Source: Clostridiales bacterium UBA7001 (lineage in GTDB: Bacteria; Bacillota; Clostridia; TANB77; CAG-508). From it: a stretch of DNA of 64,000 bases. The DNA is taken from assembly GCA_002449785.1 (NCBI GenBank), contig DJXP01000019.1:102676-166675 (forward strand), read 5' to 3'. A program made the translations under genes and the position numbers. The notes beneath the pieces were generated by a model, which was not told the origin of the DNA, searched no databases, and saw nothing but the letters and a program-made list of their open reading frames with translations. Every line of letters begins with the position of its first letter. Positions within the stretch are counted from its first letter, which is position 1. Positions 38,686-47,005 of this stretch are shown here, one piece after another.

Positions 38686-39066
38686 ATGAAAAAAGTTCAT
38701 GTAGTAAAATTTTTTGCGATAATATTAATGTTTTTTTTAATAAGTAGTTCATTTGTTTATGTTTCAAATGCTGGAGAACAAATGATAAAAACACTTCAAA
38801 CCGTAGATGAAGCACAAGATTCAACAAATGCTACAAAAACTGTTAGAAGTGTTCTTGGAACAATATTAGTAGCTGTTCAAATTGTTGCTATGACAGTTGC
38901 TGTTGTTATTTTATTAGTTCTTGCAATGAAATATATGGCTGCAGCTCCAGGAGAAAAAGCAGATATAAAAAAGAGTTTTTTTGTGTATGTTGTAGGAGCA
39001 GTAGTTGTATTTGGGGCAATTGGAATATTAAGAGTAATAGAGATGGCATCACATGCAATCGGATAA
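38686..39066 (+). CDS. VirB2/TrbC-like pilin paralog 3
   Basis: 'AVQIVAMTVAVVILLVLAMKYMAAAPGEKADIKKSFFVYVVGAVVVF'. Confidence 0.7.
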   Translation: MKKVHVVKFFAIILMFFLISSSFVYVSNAGEQMIKTLQTVDEAQDSTNATKTVRSVLGTILVAVQIVAMTVAVVILLVLAMKYMAAAPGEKADIKKSFFVYVVGAVVVFGAIGILRVIEMASHAIG

Positions 39067-39107
39067 TTATAAATAAAGAAATAGAAAAGTGTATGTGGAG
39101 GAGTATA

Positions 39108-39479
39108 ATGAAAAATAATCTTATTAAAATTATTTCAGTTGCAATTATTATATGTATGAGTTTTGGTGTGATGAACATAGTTATAGCAGCTGATAATGGT
39201 AGATTTCAAGTGGAAAGATTTGAAGATAAAGAAAATCCAATTGATAATACAACAAAAAATGCTACTGCTACTATTATTAGTGCTGTTAGAATTGTTGGAG
39301 TAACAGTTGCGATTGTAATGCTTCTTGTAATAGCAATGAAATATATGGCATCAGCTCCTGGAGATAGAGCAGATATAAAAAAACATGCAGTAGCTTATGT
39401 AATAGGTGCTGTTATACTTTTTGGCGTATCTGGAATACTTGGAATTTTAGTAGAAATAGCAGGAGCAATAAAAGCTTAA
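39108..39479 (+). CDS. VirB2/TrbC-like pilin paralog 4
   Basis: 'AVRIVGVTVAIVMLLVIAMKYMASAPGDRADIKKHAVAYVIGAVILF'. Confidence 0.7.
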   Translation: MKNNLIKIISVAIIICMSFGVMNIVIAADNGRFQVERFEDKENPIDNTTKNATATIISAVRIVGVTVAIVMLLVIAMKYMASAPGDRADIKKHAVAYVIGAVILFGVSGILGILVEIAGAIKA

Positions 39480-39514
39480 ATTAGTTAATAATAAAAAGAT
39501 AAATGGTGATTATT

Positions 39515-39886
39515 ATGAAAAAAGTTTTAGCGATAGTAGTAATTGTAATGTTAATAATTTCATTTGGTTATAATATGGTTATGGCTGTTGATGGTGGTTT
39601 TATAACATCAAATTTTTCAGGAGCAGATCCTGATGGTGATGTAAGCAATGCAGCAGGAGAAATATTAGGTGGGATATTAGCAGTTGTAAGAGTTGCTGGT
39701 GTTACTACAGCAGTAGTTATTTTAATGGTAATTGGTATAAAATATCTAATTGCATCAGCAGGAGATAGAGCAGATATAAAAAAATATGCTGTAAAATATA
39801 TAATAGGTGCTTTAATTCTTTTTTCAGCATCAGGACTAATAGGAATTGCTCAAGGAATTATATCTGAAAGTGTTAAAGCCGATTAA
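39515..39886 (+). CDS. VirB2/TrbC-like pilin paralog 5
   Basis: 'VVRVAGVTTAVVILMVIGIKYLIASAGDRADIKKYAVKYIIGALILF'. Confidence 0.7.
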   Translation: MKKVLAIVVIVMLIISFGYNMVMAVDGGFITSNFSGADPDGDVSNAAGEILGGILAVVRVAGVTTAVVILMVIGIKYLIASAGDRADIKKYAVKYIIGALILFSASGLIGIAQGIISESVKAD

Positions 39887-39907
39887 CTATAGAAAAGAGG
39901 ATTAAAT

Positions 39908-40291
39908 ATGAAAAGGGTTTTATATATTTTTTTAATTTTAATAATTATATGTAATTTTATTAATTTTTTTTATAATATTTCTTATGCAAAAGATGGAAAA
40001 ATTGATGCACTTATTGGTCAAGCAAGTGAGGCTCAAAATCCTGCAGATACAGAAGGAGATCCTTTTTTTGAAGGCATTAATAAAATAATAGGAATTATTC
40101 AAATTGTAGGAACAGGTATTTCAATTATTGTTGTTTCAATTCTTGGAATAAAATATATGATGGCAAGTCCAGGTGAAAAAGCAGATGTTAAGAAAAATAT
40201 TTTACCAATAATATATGGATGTGTATTGGTATTTGGTGGAGTAAATGTGGTCGCAATTATTGCAAATTTCTCAAGTAAAGTATTAAAATAA
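39908..40291 (+). CDS. VirB2/TrbC-like pilin paralog 6
   Basis: 'IIQIVGTGISIIVVSILGIKYMMASPGEKADVKKNILPIIYGCVLVF'. Confidence 0.7.
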   Translation: MKRVLYIFLILIIICNFINFFYNISYAKDGKIDALIGQASEAQNPADTEGDPFFEGINKIIGIIQIVGTGISIIVVSILGIKYMMASPGEKADVKKNILPIIYGCVLVFGGVNVVAIIANFSSKVLK

Positions 40292-40387
40292 TGCTTTACA
40301 GAAAATATTAAATAATTATTTAATATTTAATTTTTATTAAATTATATCGTTATTTAAAAAATTAAATATATAAAAAATAGTTTTAAG

Positions 40388-40430
40388 AGATTTTTGCGAT
40401 ACTTATGTAATTTGCAAAAATCTTTTTTTG
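40388..40430 (+). terminator. Rho-independent terminator after pilin 6
   Basis: Stem AGATTTTTGC / GCAAAAATCT followed by a T7 run. Confidence 0.75.
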
Positions 40431-40470
40431 TTACAATTTTATTAAAAATATCAAATATTATACAAAAATA

Positions 40471-40499
40471 TTGAAAAAAATTTTTGTTTTAAGTATAAT
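40471..40499 (+). promoter_or_regulatory. Promoter of the core T4SS-like operon
   Basis: TTGAAA (40471-40476), 17-nt spacer, TATAAT (40494-40499). Confidence 0.65.
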
Positions 40500-40578
40500 T
40501 AATATAATAGTGATATTATGCGAAGAAATTAGATTTATTATAGTTATATAGCAATTCTTGCAAGAAAGGGTGAGAAAA

Positions 40579-40965
40579 ATGAAAAAAATGTTATTTATTA
40601 AAACTTTATTAGCATTATCCTTATTTTTTGTGGTATTTTCAAATTTTAATTATTCTCATGCAAGTCTTTTAAGTGATATGAGAGGGCAAATTAATTCATT
40701 TGAATCACAAGGTCAAGGTGTAAATGTTGATACGGGAAATGTTGTTAAACCATTTGTTGAACTTGCTAGATTACTTATGACAATTGGTGCTGGTGTATTA
40801 GTAGCTGTTACAACATATATGGGTATTAAATATTTAACATCTGGACCAGATGCACAAGCTAAGTTAAAAGTTCAATTAATTGGATTAGTAGTTTCAGGTT
40901 TTGTTATTTTTGGAGCATATTTTATTTGGAAAATAGTATTAACTTTTGCAAATAATTCATTATAA
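40579..40965 (+). CDS. Divergent VirB2/TrbC-like pilin paralog 7 (first gene of the core operon)
   Basis: 'LMTIGAGVLVAVTTYMGIKYLTSGPDAQAKLKVQLIGLVVSGFVIF'. Same architecture as the other six but the lowest similarity to them. Confidence 0.6.
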   Translation: MKKMLFIKTLLALSLFFVVFSNFNYSHASLLSDMRGQINSFESQGQGVNVDTGNVVKPFVELARLLMTIGAGVLVAVTTYMGIKYLTSGPDAQAKLKVQLIGLVVSGFVIFGAYFIWKIVLTFANNSL

Positions 40966-40981
40966 TAAGGGGAGGATTTTT

Positions 40982-41341
40982 ATGGGGACATATTATATAC
41001 CTCGTAATTATAGAGGTGAAACAAGAATATTATACATATTTACAATTAAGTCTTTAATTTCTACTGCGGTAGGAGTAATGGTTGGCGCAATTTTTCTTTT
41101 CATATTTAGAGCAATGAATATGATGCCTGTTGGTCTAGGAATTATGGCATTTTTTGCATTAATAGGTTTTGTAGTAGGAGCTATAAAAATCCCTACAATT
41201 GTCGCAATACCTGTTACAAAGAAAATTGGTGGAGAACCAATTTATGAAATTGTACTTAGGTATTTTAAACATAAGAAAAGAAGAAGATTATATGTTTATA
41301 CAAAAGAAATAAATAAGGAGGAAAGTGCAAATGAACAGTAA
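40982..41341 (+). CDS. PrgI/VirB3-like two-TM T4SS protein
   Basis: 'YYIPRNYRGETRILYIFTIKSLI' followed by two adjacent TM helices. It sits immediately upstream of the VirB4 region. GGGGAGG Shine-Dalgarno sequence before the ATG at 40982. Confidence 0.6.
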   Translation: MGTYYIPRNYRGETRILYIFTIKSLISTAVGVMVGAIFLFIFRAMNMMPVGLGIMAFFALIGFVVGAIKIPTIVAIPVTKKIGGEPIYEIVLRYFKHKKRRRLYVYTKEINKEESANEQ

Positions 41342-42575
41342 TGTAATACCTTTACTTCAACTTGGTATAGTTCTTATTTTTATTATAATGATTTTATTAA
41401 TTCTATTATATGTTTACTTAATGAGACCAAAAAAAGTTGAAAAGCGTAAAGAGGAAGAGGATGAGTTATTAACTCAAGATGATGAAAACAAGAAAAATAG
41501 AATTCAAAATTATGGAAAATTTACAACCAATTTATCAAGAGAATCAATTTATGAATTTATGGAATTTGATGAAATCGTTGATAATATGATAGTAAGAAAA
41601 AACGGCGCACAATATATTATGATTTTACAGTGTAATGGTGTAAATTATGATTTAATGAGTGAAGATGAAAAAATAGCAGTTGAAGAAGGATTTGTACAAT
41701 TCCTAAATACTTTAAGATTTCCAATTCAATTATATGTTCAAAGTAGAACATTAAATTTAAGAGATATAATTGAAGAATATAAAGCAAGAATAGATAATTT
41801 AACAGTTGAAATAGATAAAATAGATGCAAAACTTGCTCAAACTTCTGGTAATAAGGCATTAAGAGAAAAACTAGAATTTGAAAAGAGAAGAAAAGTAAAT
41901 ATATTAGAATATGGTATAAATATTACAGATTATGTTGAAAAAATGAGTTCAAATAAAAATGTATTACAACAAAGAACATATGTTGTAGTTTCATATTATT
42001 CAGCAGAAATTGGTGGAAATTTAGATAGATGGTCTAAAGAAGAAATATATAATATGTGTTTTTCTGAATTATATACAAGATGTCAAAATATAGCGAGTTC
42101 CCTAAGTACATCACAAGTTTCTAGCCGTATTTTAGACTCTGAAGAATTAGCAGAACTATTATATATTGCTTATAATAGAGATGAATCTGAATTATTACAA
42201 CTTTCAAAAGTTTTAGATGCTCAGTATGATTCATTATATAGTACAGGCAAAGATGTATTACAGAAAAAACAAGAAAAAATTGAACAAGAAATTAATATTG
42301 CTGCAATTGATATGGCAACAGATAGTATCTTAAAAGCTGATAGACAAAGACAAGTTGAGGAACTTGAATTTAAGATTAATAAAACAGAAAGAATTAAACA
42401 AAAAGCTAGTGAGTTAATAGATTCATATCATGATCAATTAGACCCTAGAGTATATCAATTAGCTAAAAGAGAAGTCGAAAAAGTTGGCAATGAAGTAAAA
42501 AAACCTGAATTGCAGGAAGCCCAAACTACTGCTCCTAGAAAAAAAGTGGTTAAAAGAAGAAGAATAGAGGACTAA
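41331..42575 (+). CDS. Membrane-anchored coiled-coil protein with a VirB4-N-terminal-like segment and no P-loop
   Basis: N-terminal TM helix, then 'IVRKNGAQYIMILQCNGVNYDLMSEDEKIAVEEGFVQFLNTLRFPIQLYVQSR', then coiled coil and a basic tail. Overlaps the upstream gene by 11 nt. Confidence 0.4.
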   Translation: MNSNVIPLLQLGIVLIFIIMILLILLYVYLMRPKKVEKRKEEEDELLTQDDENKKNRIQNYGKFTTNLSRESIYEFMEFDEIVDNMIVRKNGAQYIMILQCNGVNYDLMSEDEKIAVEEGFVQFLNTLRFPIQLYVQSRTLNLRDIIEEYKARIDNLTVEIDKIDAKLAQTSGNKALREKLEFEKRRKVNILEYGINITDYVEKMSSNKNVLQQRTYVVVSYYSAEIGGNLDRWSKEEIYNMCFSELYTRCQNIASSLSTSQVSSRILDSEELAELLYIAYNRDESELLQLSKVLDAQYDSLYSTGKDVLQKKQEKIEQEINIAAIDMATDSILKADRQRQVEELEFKINKTERIKQKASELIDSYHDQLDPRVYQLAKREVEKVGNEVKKPELQEAQTTAPRKKVVKRRRIED

Positions 42576-42593
42576 AGATAAGGAGGATATAAT

Positions 42594-44591
42594 ATGTTTG
42601 GAAATAATAAAAAGAAAGAAACTACTAATGAAATAGATAGTATAAAAAAAGAAGAAGATAGTATTTTTAAAAGAAATGAGAAAGATATAAAATCTTTAAT
42701 TGCTCCTGGCGGAATAGATGCAAGTTATACTAATCATTTAGAAATTGCTTCATCAAGAACTAGATATGCTAGAAGCATGGTTGTTGCTAATCTTCCAAGA
42801 ATGTGTACTTTTCCAGAATTTTTAAGAGGAATGTATACTTTTGGAGATATAAATGTATCTGTATTTATAAATCCTGTTAGTGAAGCATCTTCACAAACTG
42901 ATTTAAATAGAACAATAAATGAATTAGAGTCTGAAAGAATCGTTGCTTTAGATAGAGGAGATATAAACAGAGAGAGAATAATAGCTCAAAAGAGAATGGA
43001 AGCAGAAGAACTACGTGATGCCATAGCTGCTGGTTTTAATAAGTTATTTGATTCATCTATAATTGCAACAATTTTTGCATATAGTATGGATGAACTTGAT
43101 AGATATACAGAGCTTTTATCAAATGAGATGTCAAAAAACCTTATCGATATTAAACCAGCTTGGGCAATACAAGATGAAGCATTTAGAAGCAATTTACCTT
43201 TTTCTGATAATATTTTAACAAAATCACATACATTTGATAGAAGAGCAATGTCTACTGTATTTCCATTTTTCAATTCTGAAGTAGGACATGAAAATGGTAT
43301 TCCTTTAGGATTTAATAAACAAACTGGATTACCTATATTATATGATAATTTTAGTTCATCACTTAATAACTATAATATGGTTATATTTGGAAAATCTGGT
43401 GCTGGAAAATCTGTTACTATAAAAACTATTACAGCTCGTTCAGCAGTACTTATGGGAATAGAAAGTTTAGCTCTAGATGCTGAAGGTGAGTATGGAATAG
43501 TTGCTGAAGCACTAGGTGGTGTTAATGTTACATTAAGCCCAAATTCTAAAACAGTTATAAATTTGTTTGATATAGAACCTGAAATTATTAAAGATGAAAT
43601 AACAGGAAAAGAAAGAACTGTATTAAGTGTTGAAAATAAAGTTGAAGACGTTACAAATGGATTACTAACAATGGCAAGAGGTAGTACAAGAAGCCAAGAA
43701 GTAAATGAGCTTACTAAACAGATAATTTCTGAATCTGTTGCTGAAGAATATGCTGCTCTTGGTATAACAAATAATGTTGAAAGTTTATATGAAAGAGATG
43801 ATAAAGGAAAAATAGATATTTCCCAAAATTATTTAGGAAGAACTAAAAAGCAAATGCCTACAATTGGTTCATGGTATAAAAGAATTTGTAGAAAAGCAAC
43901 AGAAAATGAAAACCCAGATTATCGTTTCCACTACAGTTATTTAGTAAAAGTTATGAAACAGTATGTTAGAGAATATCAAGGACAAATGGCATATTTTGAT
44001 GGACAATCTACTTTTGAATTATTAGATGGTGTTCCATTTATTAATATAGATATTTCTCAATTAGAGGAAAGATTTGCAAGACCTTTAGCACAGCAAATAA
44101 TGCTATCATGGGTTTGGGAAAAATATGTTAAGAAAAATAGTGAAGATAAAACAAAAGCTGCTAAAAAGAGAGTTTTAGTTGATGAGGCTTGGATGCTTTT
44201 ACCTTATCCTGAAGCTGTAGATTTCTTAAATACAATGGCTAGACGTGCCAGAAAAAGAAATGTTTCTCTTGCTGTTATTTCACAAAAATTCCAAGACTTT
44301 TATGAAAAACAAGAGGTACAAGCAGTTTTAACATCTTCTGATACAAAATTATTCTTAGCACAAGATAAATCAGAAATTCAGTATTTAAAAGAAGTATTTA
44401 AACTAAGTGAAGGTGAAGCTGGATTTTTAATTACATGTAATAGAGGTGAAGGATTGCTTAAAGTTGGTGGTGATTCAGCTATACTTGCAATTCAACCAAC
44501 TAAGAAGGAATTTGAATTTGTTGAAACAAACTTAAATAAGCAATCTCAAATGGAAAGAGCAAAGAAAGAAGCATTAAATAGTTCTAATTAA
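42594..44591 (+). CDS. VirB4-family T4SS ATPase
   Basis: Walker A 'FGKSGAGKSV', Walker B 'VLVDEAWMLL' and 'AVISQKFQDF'. The N-terminal domain follows the Firmicutes VirB4 pattern ('LIAPGGID...YARSMVVANLP'). Confidence 0.85.
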   Translation: MFGNNKKKETTNEIDSIKKEEDSIFKRNEKDIKSLIAPGGIDASYTNHLEIASSRTRYARSMVVANLPRMCTFPEFLRGMYTFGDINVSVFINPVSEASSQTDLNRTINELESERIVALDRGDINRERIIAQKRMEAEELRDAIAAGFNKLFDSSIIATIFAYSMDELDRYTELLSNEMSKNLIDIKPAWAIQDEAFRSNLPFSDNILTKSHTFDRRAMSTVFPFFNSEVGHENGIPLGFNKQTGLPILYDNFSSSLNNYNMVIFGKSGAGKSVTIKTITARSAVLMGIESLALDAEGEYGIVAEALGGVNVTLSPNSKTVINLFDIEPEIIKDEITGKERTVLSVENKVEDVTNGLLTMARGSTRSQEVNELTKQIISESVAEEYAALGITNNVESLYERDDKGKIDISQNYLGRTKKQMPTIGSWYKRICRKATENENPDYRFHYSYLVKVMKQYVREYQGQMAYFDGQSTFELLDGVPFINIDISQLEERFARPLAQQIMLSWVWEKYVKKNSEDKTKAAKKRVLVDEAWMLLPYPEAVDFLNTMARRARKRNVSLAVISQKFQDFYEKQEVQAVLTSSDTKLFLAQDKSEIQYLKEVFKLSEGEAGFLITCNRGEGLLKVGGDSAILAIQPTKKEFEFVETNLNKQSQMERAKKEALNSSN

Positions 44592-44603
44592 AAGGAAAAA
44601 ATT

Positions 44604-45821
44604 ATGGAAAATATGAAAAAATTAGTAACATCAATGTTATTAATAGTATTATTGTTTAATTTCATATTTTTAAATAGTTCTTATGGAGCAGCTGAAGATA
44701 ATGCAGATGACTCAGTTTTAGCTCAAGAAGCTAAGCCAAGTGACGGAATGATGAAAAGTATTTTAGAGGAAGGTACAGCTGCTCATAAGCAAGATGATAG
44801 TATTAAAACGACACTATCTTTTGCTAATTTTGGTTCATCAATTGTCGGTTTTGTTTTAGGAATATTATCAAGGCTTTTTAATGCAGTTATTGCATTAGAA
44901 TTAGATATTATTTTTGGACAATTAACATATACAGTTGAAAATGGTGAATTACAATATTTTGTTACAATAGATAGATTAGTTTTTAATAGAATTCCACTAC
45001 TTAATGCTAATTACTTTAATACAAATGATACATATAAAATTGGAGATTTAGAACTACCAATTAATGAAAATAACAAATTAATTAAAGAAAGTATAGCAAG
45101 TGTTTATACAATATGTAGAATATTAGCTCTTATTATTGGTTTAGTGGTTTTAGTATATATTGGTATAAGAATGGCTATTTCTACTGTTGCATCAGAACAA
45201 GCAAAATATAAGAAGATGCTTATTGGTTGGTTTGAAAGTATTGTTATTATTTTTGCAATGCCTTATATTATGGCTGCTTTGTTCACCATAGAAGAAGTTC
45301 TAATTGGTGTTTTCTACGAGCTTAGAAATTCATTAATGGGTGGTAACACTAATGAAGTATTTGAAAATGTTGTAAGAAATATTGTGTTAGAACTAGTGTT
45401 TTCTGCATCTGGAATTGAGCTTACAATGTGGTCTATAATGTATTGGGTTTTATTATATATGGAAATCAAGTTTTTATGGACATATACAAAGAGATTTTTT
45501 ATGATAGGTTTTCTTGTAGCAATTGCTCCATTAGTTACAATAACATATTCAATAGATAAAGCAGGAGATGGAAAAGCACAAGCTTTTTCTAATTGGCTTA
45601 AAGAGTTTATGTTAAATGTATTAATACAGCCATTACATGCTATTATTTTTTTAGTAATTGTAATGACTGCAAATAATATAGCTTCAAAAGCTCCTATTAT
45701 AGCTATTTTCTTGTTGTTATCAATGGGAACAGTTGAAAAAATGGTAAGAGTTGTATTTAATGTTAGTGATTCTGTTACATTTAATGGTATAAGAGATAGA
45801 CTATTCAAGAAAGGAAAGTAA
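44604..45821 (+). CDS. VirB6/TcpH-like polytopic membrane protein, paralog 1 (short form)
   Basis: Signal peptide, 'LLNANYF', 'LVYIGIRMAISTVASEQAKYKKML' and 'ITYSIDKAGDGKAQAFSNWLKEFMLNVLIQPLHAIIF'. Confidence 0.65.
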   Translation: MENMKKLVTSMLLIVLLFNFIFLNSSYGAAEDNADDSVLAQEAKPSDGMMKSILEEGTAAHKQDDSIKTTLSFANFGSSIVGFVLGILSRLFNAVIALELDIIFGQLTYTVENGELQYFVTIDRLVFNRIPLLNANYFNTNDTYKIGDLELPINENNKLIKESIASVYTICRILALIIGLVVLVYIGIRMAISTVASEQAKYKKMLIGWFESIVIIFAMPYIMAALFTIEEVLIGVFYELRNSLMGGNTNEVFENVVRNIVLELVFSASGIELTMWSIMYWVLLYMEIKFLWTYTKRFFMIGFLVAIAPLVTITYSIDKAGDGKAQAFSNWLKEFMLNVLIQPLHAIIFLVIVMTANNIASKAPIIAIFLLLSMGTVEKMVRVVFNVSDSVTFNGIRDRLFKKGK

Positions 45822-45825
45822 ATAT

Positions 45826-46995
45826 TTGAAAAATAATAATATTTTAAGATTAGTTATAGTAGGATTTATTCTTTTATTTTTTGCAATACTTTGTTTCTTA
45901 TTGTATATTGTTATTTCTTATAATTTATCTGATACAAGTTCAAATATTTCAGTTACTACTGCAAATAATGAATTTAAGGAAACGGTTGAAGATGTTGTAA
46001 TAGAATATGATTGCAAATTTTATAAAGTAGATAATAATAAAATATATGTGAGATTTTCTAAGAATTTATTTGATGACAATGGTAAAAGCAATGAAAATTA
46101 CTTTAAATCTATTGTTAATGATATATCTAGATTTTATGAAAAATCAGATTTTTATTTAATTGATAATAATAAGGAGCTAGAGATTTTTGCTAAATATGAT
46201 ACTACAAATGAAAAACATGTTATAGTAATTAATTCAATTGAGGATTACTATAATAATGTAGACGGAAATGACTATGTTGAAATTAATAATATTAAATTAC
46301 CAAAAGAATCAGATACAATAAAATCTGTAAATTCCTTGTTAACAAATTTAAAAGATAGTGGTATGAAATTTTCTAGTATAGAAGAAGAACTTGGTGAAGG
46401 TACTCATTTAGATAACGGATATATTAGCTATTTGAATAATACTGTTAAGCTAAGAATTGTTGGAAATAAAGTTGTTAGAAATATTGTTTTTTCAAGAAAA
46501 TATGATGAAAAGATTTTCAATAACGTAGATAATGACGCTTCACTTGAAGAATTTTATATGGAAAATCCTAATAATTGCTATGGTGGAATAGAAGAAGGTT
46601 ACTTGGGATATAGAACTAATCAATTATATTATTTTATATATGATGATGAAATTTCTGTTTATGGATATTCATATACTAAAAATGTTAAATTCGAAGAATT
46701 ATTAGAAAAATATCTTGATAATAAAAATTTTGAAAGATTTATAATACTACTTACTGGTCAAATGCCTACATATGATTACTGTGAATATGATGTGGAGAAT
46801 AAAACTGCTAATATAATGCTTTCATCATATGGAATTGAAATAGATATAAAAGATAATGATCCAAAAGGAATTATACTTTATAACAATTATTGTTTTACAG
46901 ATGATTCTAAGAAATTGGTAAAAAATGGTTTAATTACATTTAAAAATGATGAAAATTCAATTGAAAAAATGGAGATTGAAAGAAGAAAAAAGTAA
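45826..46995 (+). CDS. Single-pass membrane protein, unknown function (paralog A)
   Basis: TTG start, an N-terminal TM helix and an extracytoplasmic domain of about 350 aa. The N-terminal 130 aa align by eye with the next ORF. Confidence 0.55.
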   Translation: MKNNNILRLVIVGFILLFFAILCFLLYIVISYNLSDTSSNISVTTANNEFKETVEDVVIEYDCKFYKVDNNKIYVRFSKNLFDDNGKSNENYFKSIVNDISRFYEKSDFYLIDNNKELEIFAKYDTTNEKHVIVINSIEDYYNNVDGNDYVEINNIKLPKESDTIKSVNSLLTNLKDSGMKFSSIEEELGEGTHLDNGYISYLNNTVKLRIVGNKVVRNIVFSRKYDEKIFNNVDNDASLEEFYMENPNNCYGGIEEGYLGYRTNQLYYFIYDDEISVYGYSYTKNVKFEELLEKYLDNKNFERFIILLTGQMPTYDYCEYDVENKTANIMLSSYGIEIDIKDNDPKGIILYNNYCFTDDSKKLVKNGLITFKNDENSIEKMEIERRKK

Positions 46996-47005
46996 GGAGT
47001 AAGAA

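Noticed and set aside
37697-40965. The seven small secreted hydrophobic proteins, considered as bacteriocins, holins or immunity proteins
   Set aside because: The conserved architecture is signal peptide, TM helix, basic loop and TM helix. Direct operon linkage to PrgI-like, VirB4 and VirB6-like genes fits T4SS pilins better. No double-glycine leader or bacteriocin ABC exporter is present.
45314-45808. Long antisense ORFs inside the large plus-strand genes. Besides this one, they include 53354-53605, 53714-54016, 55208-55588, 56832-57047, 57327-57614, 20807-21139 and 22894-23238.
   Set aside because: These are shadow ORFs on the opposite strand of well-supported genes. They have low-complexity Ser/Ile/Leu/Phe-rich translations and no Shine-Dalgarno sequences.
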